Shown here one piece after another: positions 14,614 to 23,624 of a stretch of DNA of 40,118 nt (position 1 is the first letter of the stretch; every line of letters begins with the position of its first letter). A model generated the notes under the pieces. It did no database searches, was not told the DNA's origin, and worked only from the letters and a program-made list of their open reading frames with translations. The position numbers and the translations under genes were made by a program. The DNA lies in the IMG/VR virus record IMGVR_UViG_3300020570_000016, positions 1-40,118 of that record. One strand, written 5' to 3'. Source of the DNA: a virus. Lineage: Duplodnaviria > Caudoviricetes.

Positions 14614-15954
14614 ATGGCCGACCAAAAAGTCTCTGATCTGCCGTCACTGAACGGCGTTGATGTCAACGCGGCGGATCTGCTGTACATCGTCGATTCTTCA
14701 GCCGGGACTGCCGGGTCGAAGAAGATCACGATGGGGCAGTTTGACATCTACAGCGCAGCAGCCACTCAGACGTTGACCAACAAGACCATCAGTGGCTTGA
14801 ATAACACGATCAGCAACGTCTCGCTTACGACAGGCGTTACTGGCATTTTGCCTGTAGCCAACGGCGGTACGGGCGTGGGTACTTTCACGGCCAACAACGT
14901 CCTGCTGGGCAACGGTACGTCAACTTTCCAAGCGGTTGCTCCCGGAGCATCGGGGAATTTGCTGACCAGCAACGGAACGACTTGGCAGTCTGCAGCCCCG
15001 CCTGTTGGTTCGGCCAACCTCCAAGTCTTCTCATCCTCCGGCACCTGGACCAAACCATCCGGCGCAGTGTTTGTGATGGTGGAGCTTTGGGGCGCGGGGG
15101 GTGGTGGGGGAAGTGGGGCAACAACGCCGAGCAATGGTCGTGCAGGCGGGGGCGCGGGTGGCGGCGGGGCGTTTGTCAGCTTAATGTTTAGGGCGTCTGA
15201 TCTGGCAGCAACAGTCAGCGTAACCATTGGTGCTGGCGGTGCCGGTGGCGCTGCGATCATAACCAACAGCACAAATGGAAATGCAGGAAGCACAGGCGGC
15301 ACAACCACTTTTGGATCAGTTCTTTCAGCTTTTGGGGGAGGACAAGGAACCGGCGCTAACAGCAGCGGGGGCGACAGTCGCGGCGGCGGCGGTGGCGGGG
15401 CTGGTAGCGCGGGTACAACAAATATCGGAGGACTGCCAAGTTTTAGCACCCTCGGCAGCTTTGGCGGTGAAAATTACGACAATTTTGGTGGCGGCGGCGC
15501 TGGCGGGGTAAATGGCAATATAGGGGCGACAACCGGCAGATGCGCAGAGTACGGAGGCGGAGGGGGCTCTGGGGCTTACTCGAATGATGGAAACGGTGGC
15601 CTCGGCGGTTCTTCTTTATATGGCGGTGCTGGCGGCGGTAACGGCGGCGGCATTAATGCTGGCGGGACGGCAAACGGTGGATCTGCTGGAGGTGCAAATG
15701 CCTCCTACTCGGCTGGTGGAGGGGGGGCAGCGGGGGCAGCAGGCGCGGCGGGCACGGCAGGAACGCAATCGGTGCGCGGTGGTGGCTCTGGTGGCGGGGG
15801 CGGTGGCGCATCAACCACGGCAGCAGCAGGCGCGGGCGGCGCAGGAGGCCAAGGCGGCGGCGGGGGAGGAGGCGGCGGCACCTCATCCAACGGCTTTAAC
15901 TCCGGTGCCGGTGGCACAGGCGGTGCAGGATACGCCCGCATCTACTCTTGGTGA
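14614..15954 (+). CDS. glycine-rich tail/head fibre protein
   Basis: MADQKVSDLP N-terminus, LPVANGGTG, VFSSSGTWTKP...GAGGGGG glycine-rich domain. Confidence 0.8.
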   Translation: MADQKVSDLPSLNGVDVNAADLLYIVDSSAGTAGSKKITMGQFDIYSAAATQTLTNKTISGLNNTISNVSLTTGVTGILPVANGGTGVGTFTANNVLLGNGTSTFQAVAPGASGNLLTSNGTTWQSAAPPVGSANLQVFSSSGTWTKPSGAVFVMVELWGAGGGGGSGATTPSNGRAGGGAGGGGAFVSLMFRASDLAATVSVTIGAGGAGGAAIITNSTNGNAGSTGGTTTFGSVLSAFGGGQGTGANSSGGDSRGGGGGGAGSAGTTNIGGLPSFSTLGSFGGENYDNFGGGGAGGVNGNIGATTGRCAEYGGGGGSGAYSNDGNGGLGGSSLYGGAGGGNGGGINAGGTANGGSAGGANASYSAGGGGAAGAAGAAGTAGTQSVRGGGSGGGGGGASTTAAAGAGGAGGQGGGGGGGGGTSSNGFNSGAGGTGGAGYARIYSW

Positions 15955-15963
15955 GGTGAGCAC

Positions 15964-16209
15964 ATGAGACACGCAATCATCGAATCCGGCATCGTCAAGA
16001 ACGCTGTTCTGGCGTCTCCCGAATACGCAGCCGAACAGGGCTGGGTGGAACTGCCCGAAGGGGCGGGCATCGGCTGGCTGTACGCAGACGGCGTGTTCAG
16101 CGCACCGCCTGCACCTCCACCACCTCCTGAGCCCCCCAAGCTGACAAAAGAGCAGTTATTCGCCAAGCTGCAGGAATTGCAGCAGCAAATAGCCGCGCTT
16201 TCTAACTGA
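15964..16209 (+). CDS. small fibre-associated protein
   Basis: GAGG SD; AGIGW.Y.DG.F..PP motif typical of genes following Gly-rich fibres; C-terminal coiled coil. Confidence 0.7.
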   Translation: MRHAIIESGIVKNAVLASPEYAAEQGWVELPEGAGIGWLYADGVFSAPPAPPPPPEPPKLTKEQLFAKLQELQQQIAALSN

Positions 16210-16219
16210 ATGCGTGTTT

Positions 16220-16248
16220 TTGACGGTCGCGCATAACAGTGATACCAT
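16220..16248 (+). promoter_or_regulatory. sigma70-type promoter upstream of scaffold and coat
   Basis: TTGACG(16220-25)-17 nt-TACCAT(16243-48) with extended -10 TG at 16240-41. Confidence 0.65.
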
Positions 16249-16290
16249 GAAGCGTACTGGCCCGTTGACCAGGTTTATCAAGGCCCACAC

Positions 16291-17067
16291 ATGAGCCAAG
16301 AAGTCGCAGCGGAGATCGACACCGCACAAGCCGCACCGGAACCCACGGCAGTTACGGAAGCGAGTCCTGTTGAACAGCAGGGAACTGAGCCGGAAGTCGA
16401 ACAACAGGCAAAGACGTTTACTCAAGAAGAGTTGGACGCCATTGTCCGGAAACGGCTTGATAGAGAGCAGCGTAAGTGGGAGCGTCAACGGGCACAGCAG
16501 CCCGTGGTTGAGCAGCCTAAGCAGTTACCGTCTGCCGAGCAGTTTGAATCGACTGAAGCCTACGCGGAAGCGTTGGCAGTTCAGAAGGCCGAACAGCTAC
16601 TGGCACAGCGGGAGCAGCAGAAGCAGCACACCGAACTGCTGGAGGCTTATCACGACCGTGAGGAGCAAGCCAGGGAGAAGTACGACGACTTTGAACAGGT
16701 CGCCTACAACCCCAAGCTGCCCATCACAACCGTCATGGCTGACACCATCCGCGCATCTGACATTGGCCCCGACGTAGCGTACTACCTCGGCACCAACGTC
16801 AAGGAAACGGAACGTATCGCTCGCTTACCGCCCATCCTGCAAGCCAAGGAAATTGGGAAGATTGAAGCCAAACTGGCCGACAACCCACCCATCAAACGCT
16901 CAACATCTGCACCAGCACCGATCACACCCGTCACCGCACGCAGCGGCAACAACCCGTCGTATGACACGACTGACCCGCGTTCCATCAAGAACATGAGTAC
17001 GTCGGAGTGGATTGAAGCCGAACGAGCAAGACAGATGCGAAAGATGCAGGCTCAGGCAAATCGCTAA
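16291..17067 (+). CDS. capsid scaffolding protein
   Basis: Acidic, Glu/Gln-rich, coiled-coil, KTFTQEELD motif; directly upstream of the coat gene. Confidence 0.85.
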   Translation: MSQEVAAEIDTAQAAPEPTAVTEASPVEQQGTEPEVEQQAKTFTQEELDAIVRKRLDREQRKWERQRAQQPVVEQPKQLPSAEQFESTEAYAEALAVQKAEQLLAQREQQKQHTELLEAYHDREEQAREKYDDFEQVAYNPKLPITTVMADTIRASDIGPDVAYYLGTNVKETERIARLPPILQAKEIGKIEAKLADNPPIKRSTSAPAPITPVTARSGNNPSYDTTDPRSIKNMSTSEWIEAERARQMRKMQAQANR

Positions 17068-17085
17068 ATTTGAAAGGAGCCCGCT

Positions 17086-18285
17086 GTGGCCAATAGCATT
17101 CTGACCATTGACATGATCACCAGGAAGGCCCTGGAGATCCTGGAAAACAACCTGGTGCTCACGCGCAACGTGAACCGCCAGTACGACGACAGCTTCGCTG
17201 TCGAAGGGGCCAAGATCGGCTCCACGCTGCGCATCCGCCTGCCGGACCGCGCTCTGGTGACTGACGGCGCCGCTCTGCAAGTGCAGGACGACAACGAGCA
17301 GTTCACGACCCTGACCGTTTCCTCGCAGAAGCACATCGGCGTGAACTTCACGTCCGCCGAACTGACGATGCAGTTGGACGACTTCGCGGATCGTGTGCTG
17401 AAGCCTCGTATCAGCCAGCTTGCCGCCAGCATTGACGCTGACGTGGCCAACGCGTTCAACAAGATCGGCAACTCTGTCGGCACGCCCGGCACCACGCCGG
17501 CCACCTCGCTGGTTCTGCTGCAAGCTCAGCAGAAGCTCAACGAGAACGCCGCTGTGATGTCGCCGCGCTACGCAACGGTAAACCCCGCTGCGAACGCTGG
17601 TCTGGTGGAGGGGATGAAGGGTTTGTTCAACCCCACCGACACCATCAGCAAGCAGTTCAAGAACGGCATGATGGGCACTGGCGTGCTGGGCTTCGAAGAA
17701 GTCAACATGAGCCAGTCCATCAAGCAGTTCACGACTGGCTCGCGCACCAACGGCACGACGGCGGCTGCAGTGACGACCGAAGGCGCGACTTCGATCTCGC
17801 TCACCGGCTTGGGCAGCACCAACACCGTTCTTGCTGGCGACGTGTTCACCGTGGCGGGCTGCTTTGCGGTGAACCCGCAGACCCGTGAGTCCACTGGCTC
17901 GCTGTTCCAGTTTGTTGCGCTCGCAAGCGTGACTGCATCGGGCGGCGCGGCAACGGTCACGGTTGCTCCGATGTACTCGGCCAGCCAGGCGCTGGCCACC
18001 GTCAGCTCTCTGCCGGCCAACAGCCAAACGGTCACGTTCATCGGCGCTGCGTCCACGCAGTACCCGCAGAACCTGGTCTACCACAAGGACGCCATCACGT
18101 TTGCCACTGCTGACCTGCTTCTGCCGCAAGGCGTGGACATGGCCAGCCGTGCCAACCACAACGGCATCAGCCTGCGTGTCGTGCGTCAGTACGACATCAA
18201 CAACGACCGGATGCCCTGCCGGATCGACGTGCTGTACGGCTACGGCGTGATCCGCCCGCAGATGGCTTGCCGTCTCTGGGGCTAA
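17086..18285 (+). CDS. major capsid protein, P22 coat (gp5)-like
   Basis: GTG start after AAAGGAG; KIGSTLRIRLP and CRIDVLYG motifs; 399 aa. Confidence 0.92.
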   Translation: MANSILTIDMITRKALEILENNLVLTRNVNRQYDDSFAVEGAKIGSTLRIRLPDRALVTDGAALQVQDDNEQFTTLTVSSQKHIGVNFTSAELTMQLDDFADRVLKPRISQLAASIDADVANAFNKIGNSVGTPGTTPATSLVLLQAQQKLNENAAVMSPRYATVNPAANAGLVEGMKGLFNPTDTISKQFKNGMMGTGVLGFEEVNMSQSIKQFTTGSRTNGTTAAAVTTEGATSISLTGLGSTNTVLAGDVFTVAGCFAVNPQTRESTGSLFQFVALASVTASGGAATVTVAPMYSASQALATVSSLPANSQTVTFIGAASTQYPQNLVYHKDAITFATADLLLPQGVDMASRANHNGISLRVVRQYDINNDRMPCRIDVLYGYGVIRPQMACRLWG

Positions 18286-18290
18286 ACCGA

Positions 18291-18324
18291 AACGGGGGCG
18301 GCTAAGCGTATAGCGGCCCCCGTT
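18291..18324 (+). terminator. stem-loop after the coat gene (attenuator or stabiliser; weak U-tract)
   Basis: AACGGGGGC...GCCCCCGTT inverted repeat. Confidence 0.55.
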
Positions 18325-18351
18325 CTGAACTTCATCTGAAAGGAACTCATC

Positions 18352-18768
18352 ATGGCTCTCCCTAATGGCGCTGGTGGCTACCAGCTTGGCGACGGCAACG
18401 TCAACGACCCGTTCATTGACCTGACCGCAGATCCGGTGGCGGTTACCGCTACTGCAACCTTGACCCCGGCGCAAGTGCTGAACGGTCTGATCTTGGCCAA
18501 CAGCGGTGTCACCGCCGCGGCCCAGACCTACACGCTGCCCACGGTCACGGATCTGGAAAACGTGCTGATCAATTCTGACCGGATCGGCACCACGTTCACC
18601 TTCCGTGTGGTCAACCTCGGCACGTCTTCCGCTACCGCGATCATCGCCGCGGGCACCGGCTGGACTGTCTCGGGTTCGCTGACCATGACGATCCCCGTTA
18701 CGACCGGCGCAAGCATGGTTGCTCGCAAGAGCGCCGCCGGTGCTTGGACGCTGTACCGCGTGGCTTGA
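18352..18768 (+). CDS. putative capsid decoration/minor capsid protein
   Basis: Follows the coat gene; AAGGA SD; Thr/Ala-rich beta protein. Confidence 0.7.
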   Translation: MALPNGAGGYQLGDGNVNDPFIDLTADPVAVTATATLTPAQVLNGLILANSGVTAAAQTYTLPTVTDLENVLINSDRIGTTFTFRVVNLGTSSATAIIAAGTGWTVSGSLTMTIPVTTGASMVARKSAAGAWTLYRVA

Positions 18769-18780
18769 TAAGGAGCCATC

Positions 18781-19194
18781 ATGCCTGATACCAAAGCAAT
18801 CGGCGTTGCCTACGCCGACCCGCTGTTCGAGAGCGTGACCGTCACGGGCGCCATCACTGGCGCTTCGGTCGCGGTCACGGGTGCTCTGAACGGCACGCAA
18901 CTGGATCTGAACGCGCCCGTCACCAAGGCGGCTTCGTTCTCTCTGGCTGACAACGAGAACTTCGTCGTCTGCAACGGCGCGGGCAGCATCACCGTCACGT
19001 TCCCCACTGCGTCGGCCAGCACTGGCCGCGTGGTGTGGATCAAGACGATTGCTGCCCAGACCGTTGTGTCCGCGTCGTCCAACGTGCTGCCGATTGGCTC
19101 GGCTACTGCTGGCACCGCGATCCTCGCGGGGACGGCGGGAGCCAACGCCATGCTGGTGTGCGACGGCACCAACTGGGTCATCATGACCTCGTAA
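18781..19194 (+). CDS. putative head fibre/decoration protein
   Basis: TAAGGAG SD; ITVTFP...GRV..IK and CDGTNW motifs. Confidence 0.7.
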   Translation: MPDTKAIGVAYADPLFESVTVTGAITGASVAVTGALNGTQLDLNAPVTKAASFSLADNENFVVCNGAGSITVTFPTASASTGRVVWIKTIAAQTVVSASSNVLPIGSATAGTAILAGTAGANAMLVCDGTNWVIMTS

Positions 19195-19199
19195 GCAAA

Positions 19200-19225
19200 A
19201 CGGGGGCTTCGGCCCCCGTCTTCTC
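19200..19225 (+). terminator. Rho-independent terminator with cUUCGg loop
   Basis: ACGGGGGC-TTCG-GCCCCCGT followed by CTTCTCT. Confidence 0.75.
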
Positions 19226-19226
19226 T

Positions 19227-19424
19227 ATGCCCAACATCTATCTGCGTCACCCCATTCATGGCGCCAAGATCGCCACGCTGGAAATGGAAGCGGTTTACGA
19301 TGAGCGTAGCGGATGGGAGCGGTATACTCCCGGCACCGAGGATGAACCCGACACCGCGCCGCCCGTGAACACGCTGGGCCGCCGCCGTCGCAAGGAGCCC
19401 GAGCATGTCCACCACCGCGGGTGA
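19227..19424 (+). CDS. small hypothetical protein (65 aa, IYLRHPIHGAK)
   Basis: ATG at 19227; Arg-rich C-terminus. Confidence 0.65.
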   Translation: MPNIYLRHPIHGAKIATLEMEAVYDERSGWERYTPGTEDEPDTAPPVNTLGRRRRKEPEHVHHRG

Positions 19425-20118
19425 CCAGATCAACCGCGCCCTGCGTCTGCTGGGCGTCTTGGCAGAGGGCGAAACGTCTTCTGCCGCCGTCATGCAGGAC
19501 TCGCTGACGGCGCTGAACCAGATGATCGAATCGTGGAACACCGAACGGTTGTCGGTGTTCTCGACACAGGATCAGGTATTCAGTTGGCCCACCAGCACGA
19601 TCAGCCGCACGCTGGGGCCTACGGGCGACTTTGTGGGCAACAGGCCCATTCTGCTGGACGACGCGACGTACTTCCGCGACCCCAGCACGAACGTCAGCTT
19701 CGGCATCAAGCTGATCAACCAGCAGCAATACAACGGCATTGCGGTCAAGACGGTTACGTCAACGTACCCGCAGGTGCTGTGGGTCAACATGACCTACCCC
19801 AACATTGAGATGTACATCTATCCAGTACCCACGCGGCTGCTGGAGTGGCATTTCATTTCGGTTGAAGAATTGACGCAGCCGGCCACGTTGTCCACGGCGC
19901 TGTCGTTTCCGCCAGGCTACTTGCGGGCGTTCGTCTACAACTTGGCGATGGAGATCGCGCCTGAGTTTGGCGTTGAGCCCAGCCCGCAAGTGCAGCGCAT
20001 CGCCATGACGTCCAAGCGCAACCTGAAGCGCATCAACAACCCGGACGACATCATGAGCCTGCCGTACTCGCTGGTGGCGACTCGCCAGCGGTTCAACGTG
20101 TACGCCGGCAACTACTGA
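19405..20118 (+). CDS. head-tail adaptor, P22 gp4-like
   Basis: INRALRLLGVLAEGE...LNQMIESW and YNLAMEIAPEFG motifs; synteny. Confidence 0.75.
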   Translation: MSTTAGDQINRALRLLGVLAEGETSSAAVMQDSLTALNQMIESWNTERLSVFSTQDQVFSWPTSTISRTLGPTGDFVGNRPILLDDATYFRDPSTNVSFGIKLINQQQYNGIAVKTVTSTYPQVLWVNMTYPNIEMYIYPVPTRLLEWHFISVEELTQPATLSTALSFPPGYLRAFVYNLAMEIAPEFGVEPSPQVQRIAMTSKRNLKRINNPDDIMSLPYSLVATRQRFNVYAGNY

Positions 20119-21635
20119 TGAAAACGCCGATCCTCGGCTCCAGCTATGTGGCCCGCAGCGTCAATGCTGCGGACAGCCGCATGGTGAACCTGTTTCCGGA
20201 GATCGTGCCCGAGGGTGGCAAAGAAGCGGCATTCCTGCAGCGGTGTGCTGGCCTGCGGTTTGTTGCTGAAGTCGGCGGCGGGCCTATTCGGGGGCTGTGG
20301 AAATTTGGCGACTACCTGTACGTTGCATCTGGCGGCGAGTTGTACAGGGTTGACGGCAACTACAGTGTGTCGTTTCTAGGCTACATTGACGGCAGCGGGC
20401 CAGTCAGCATGGTGGATAACGGCGAACAGTTGTTCATCGCCTGCAACCCCAGCGCGTTCATCTACAACGCCGACACGGGCGTCTTTGCGCAGATCACAGA
20501 CCCTGATTTTCCCGGCGCGGTGACGGTCGGCTACCTAGACGGCTACTTCGTTTTCAACCAGCCAAACAGCCAGCGATTTTGGGTGACGTCCCTTAACGAC
20601 GGCACGCAGATTGATCCGCTGGACTTCGCCAGCGCAGAAGGCAATCCTGACGATGTGGTGGCGCTGAACGTCAACCACCGCGAAGTGTGGCTGTTTGGCA
20701 CCAACACGATTGAGGTTTGGTACAACGCTGGATTGGCTGACTTCCCGCTTGCCCGCATTGCCGGCGCGTTCATGGAAGTTGGCTGCGCCGCTCCCTACAG
20801 CGTGGCCAAGTTGGACAACTCGGTGTTCTGGCTGGGCGCGGACGCCCGCGGCAACGGCGTTGTCTACCGCAACAACGGCTACAACGGTCAGCGCATCAGC
20901 ACGCACGCCGTTGAGTGGCAGATCCAGCAGTACGATGTCATCAATGACGCCATTGGTTACTCGTACCAGCAAGACGGGCATTCGTTTTACGTCTTGACGT
21001 TCCCGACTGCCAATGCAACCTGGTGCTACGACGTCAGCACAAACGCTTGGCATGAGCGCGCCGGATGGGATGGCGTCAGATTTGTGCGGCATCGCAGTAA
21101 CTGCCAAGCCAACTTCAACAACGAAATCTTGGTTGGTGACTGGCTAAACGGACTGCTCTACGCTTTTGACTTAGAGGTGTACAGCGACAACAATTTCGCT
21201 CAGCGCTGGCTTCGATCTTGGCGCGCGCTGCCGCCCGGCCAGAACAATTTGAACCGCACGGCACAGCATACGCTGCAGCTTGATTGCGAAGCCGGCGTCG
21301 GGGGTTCGGACTCTGCGACGTTCTTGCTACTGCTTGAAGATAGCGGTTATCTGCTGCTTGAAAACGGCGACTTCATTGCGTCGGTCAGCACAGGTAACAT
21401 TTCCGGCGCGGACCCTAAGGTCATGTTGCGTTGGAGCGACGATGGTGGCCACACTTGGTCAAACGAACACTGGGCGGGCATGGGCAAGATCGGCGAGTAC
21501 GGACGCCGAGTGTTTTGGCGCCGGTTGGGCATGACGCTGAAACTGCGCGACCGCGTGTATGAGATCAGCGGCGCCGACCCGGTCAAGATCGCCATCATGG
21601 GGGCCGAAGTGTTGATGTCTCCGACGAGGGCGTGA
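20118..21635 (+). CDS. tail hub / DNA stabilization protein, P22 gp10-like
   Basis: ~500-aa beta-propeller-like; FASAEGNPD, LRWSDDGGHTWS, RRLG...DRVYEI motifs. Confidence 0.85.
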   Translation: MKTPILGSSYVARSVNAADSRMVNLFPEIVPEGGKEAAFLQRCAGLRFVAEVGGGPIRGLWKFGDYLYVASGGELYRVDGNYSVSFLGYIDGSGPVSMVDNGEQLFIACNPSAFIYNADTGVFAQITDPDFPGAVTVGYLDGYFVFNQPNSQRFWVTSLNDGTQIDPLDFASAEGNPDDVVALNVNHREVWLFGTNTIEVWYNAGLADFPLARIAGAFMEVGCAAPYSVAKLDNSVFWLGADARGNGVVYRNNGYNGQRISTHAVEWQIQQYDVINDAIGYSYQQDGHSFYVLTFPTANATWCYDVSTNAWHERAGWDGVRFVRHRSNCQANFNNEILVGDWLNGLLYAFDLEVYSDNNFAQRWLRSWRALPPGQNNLNRTAQHTLQLDCEAGVGGSDSATFLLLLEDSGYLLLENGDFIASVSTGNISGADPKVMLRWSDDGGHTWSNEHWAGMGKIGEYGRRVFWRRLGMTLKLRDRVYEISGADPVKIAIMGAEVLMSPTRA

Positions 21636-21636
21636 C

Positions 21637-22605
21637 ATGCAACTGGCCCCCCGCGTGCCGGCTTCGCGTGACCCGCTGGTAGATGCCGGGGCGCTGACCA
21701 CCCGCGCTTGGTTCCGCTTCTTTCAGTTGCTGGAATCTTCAGTTGAGAATTCTGCGCTGCGTCAATACACCATCGCGCAAAACTCCACCGGGTTTACGAT
21801 GGCCAAAGGCACGGCGGTGGGTTTTGCGGGCGTGGGCAGCAACAACGTGCTGTCGGTCGCGCCGTACTTGGCTGACGGCAGCACGCCCACGCTGTTCATT
21901 CTTGGAGTGCTGGCCGAGCAGATACCTGACAGCGGATCGACGGGGCTGTGCTGCGTGTGGGGCGAGGTCAGCGGCATCGACACCAGCGCGTTCAACGTCG
22001 GGGACATTCTGTACGCCAGCCCGACAGTGGCCGGGGCGTTCACCAACGTCAAGCCTACCGCGCCGAACAACGTGATCCCGCTGGCCGCAGTGCTGATCAA
22101 GAGCGCCACGACGGGCGTCATCTTTGTGCGACCCACGATTGAACAACAGTCGTACTACGGCGAGTTCACCCGCATCACCGATCTGAGCGCGGCGGTCATC
22201 AACACGGCGTACCCAATCGCGCTGACCAACACTGAGGTGGCTGGCGGGGTGACTCTGGCCGGCTCACCGACTGACCGGCTTCAAGTCCCGCAGTCGGGCC
22301 TGTACCAGTTCTCGGCCCGGTATCAGTTGTCGTCTACCAGTTCGTCCTTGAAAAACGCGCGGTTTTGGTATCGGTTAAACGGCGCAACCGACTTGGACCA
22401 CAGCACCGCTATCGTGTCAGTTGACTCCAACAACGGGTACGCCACAATATCAACGTCCGAAGTCGTTTCATTGGCGGCAAACGATTACATTCAGTTGATG
22501 TGGGCGGTTGACAATACTGCACTCTCGCTGTCGGCAGTGGCGGCTACGGGTTACGCACCTTCCGCTGCTTCTGTGTGGGTGGCAGTCACTCAGGTTCAAC
22601 AGTAA
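21637..22605 (+). CDS. tail protein with C-terminal C1q/TNF-like beta domain (tentative)
   Basis: TTRAWFRFF N-terminus; VPQSGLYQFS...LAANDYIQLMW. Confidence 0.65.
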   Translation: MQLAPRVPASRDPLVDAGALTTRAWFRFFQLLESSVENSALRQYTIAQNSTGFTMAKGTAVGFAGVGSNNVLSVAPYLADGSTPTLFILGVLAEQIPDSGSTGLCCVWGEVSGIDTSAFNVGDILYASPTVAGAFTNVKPTAPNNVIPLAAVLIKSATTGVIFVRPTIEQQSYYGEFTRITDLSAAVINTAYPIALTNTEVAGGVTLAGSPTDRLQVPQSGLYQFSARYQLSSTSSSLKNARFWYRLNGATDLDHSTAIVSVDSNNGYATISTSEVVSLAANDYIQLMWAVDNTALSLSAVAATGYAPSAASVWVAVTQVQQ

Positions 22606-22614
22606 GAGGACACT

Positions 22615-23616
22615 ATGGCGATCAGCCTTTCCTTGTACGCGGGCGCAGGCGCTCAGTTCTTTGACAACAACGGCGTGCCGCTCAACGGCGGGCTGATCTA
22701 CACCTACGACGCAGGGACCACTTCACCCGCATCGACGTACACCGACTCGTCTGCAGCGACCAACAACACGAACCCCATCGTGCTGGACAGCGCAGGCCGC
22801 ACGCCCGCGCAGATCTGGCTGACGGCAGGCGCGGCGTACAAGTTCATCCTGCAGACGTCCACAAACGTACTGATCAAGACGGATGACAACATCTACGCCT
22901 CGTTTGAATTGACCAAAGAGGTCGGTATTGCGGTTGGTTTGGGTGGCAATCAGATCACCACCAACGTCGCGGTGGGCAACACGGCGCTGGATTCCAACAC
23001 CACCGGCACCAACAACACGGCGGTGGGCTACGACGCCATGACGGCGACCACTGACGGCATCCAGAACTCGGCGTTTGGCGCCGGGGCGTTGGACGCCAAC
23101 ACGGGCGGCGACTACAACACCGCGCTGGGCTACAACGCCCTGACGACCGCCACCACTGCCAACTACAACACGGGCGTGGGCTACCGGGCGTTGAACGCGG
23201 TGGCCACCGGCAGCAACAACACGGCGCTGGGCAGCGACGCGCTGCTTCTGGCCACTGGCGGCGACAACACGGCTGTGGGCTACCAAGCCGGCAACAGCCT
23301 CACGACCGGCGCAAACAACACGGTGATCGGGTTTGACGCTGACGCGTCATCGGCCACGGTCAGCAACGAGGTGACGATTGGCAACTCCAGCGTCACGTCG
23401 TTCCGCATACCCGGCCTGACGCTGACGTTCAGCGTGAAGTACTTCAACCACGGCACGCTGACGGTGGCTACACTTCCGGCTGCGGCCACCGCAGGCGCTG
23501 GAGCCCGGGCTTTTGTGACCGACGCCAACGCCACGACGTTTACGTCGATTGTGGCCGCAGGTGGGGCGAACGGCGTTCCTGTGTACAGCGACGGCACCAA
23601 CTGGCGCATCGGGTGA
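22615..23616 (+). CDS. tail fibre/spike with virion-attachment N-domain and NTAxG beta-roll repeats
   Basis: QFFDNNGVPLNGG.IYTY.AGT...NPIVLDSAGR N-terminus; 14-aa NT(A/G)(V/L)G repeats. Confidence 0.8.
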   Translation: MAISLSLYAGAGAQFFDNNGVPLNGGLIYTYDAGTTSPASTYTDSSAATNNTNPIVLDSAGRTPAQIWLTAGAAYKFILQTSTNVLIKTDDNIYASFELTKEVGIAVGLGGNQITTNVAVGNTALDSNTTGTNNTAVGYDAMTATTDGIQNSAFGAGALDANTGGDYNTALGYNALTTATTANYNTGVGYRALNAVATGSNNTALGSDALLLATGGDNTAVGYQAGNSLTTGANNTVIGFDADASSATVSNEVTIGNSSVTSFRIPGLTLTFSVKYFNHGTLTVATLPAAATAGAGARAFVTDANATTFTSIVAAGGANGVPVYSDGTNWRIG

Positions 23617-23624
23617 GGTAAATC

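Noticed and set aside
16252-16275. Small CTGG...CCAG hairpin in the scaffold leader as an autoregulatory element
   Set aside because: The stem is too short to support from a single sequence
16900-18900. 666-aa minus-strand ORF and other long antisense ORFs (e.g. 23964-25451, 27658-28701, 38187-39308)
   Set aside because: Shadow ORFs opposite well-supported genes, as expected from high-GC codon bias
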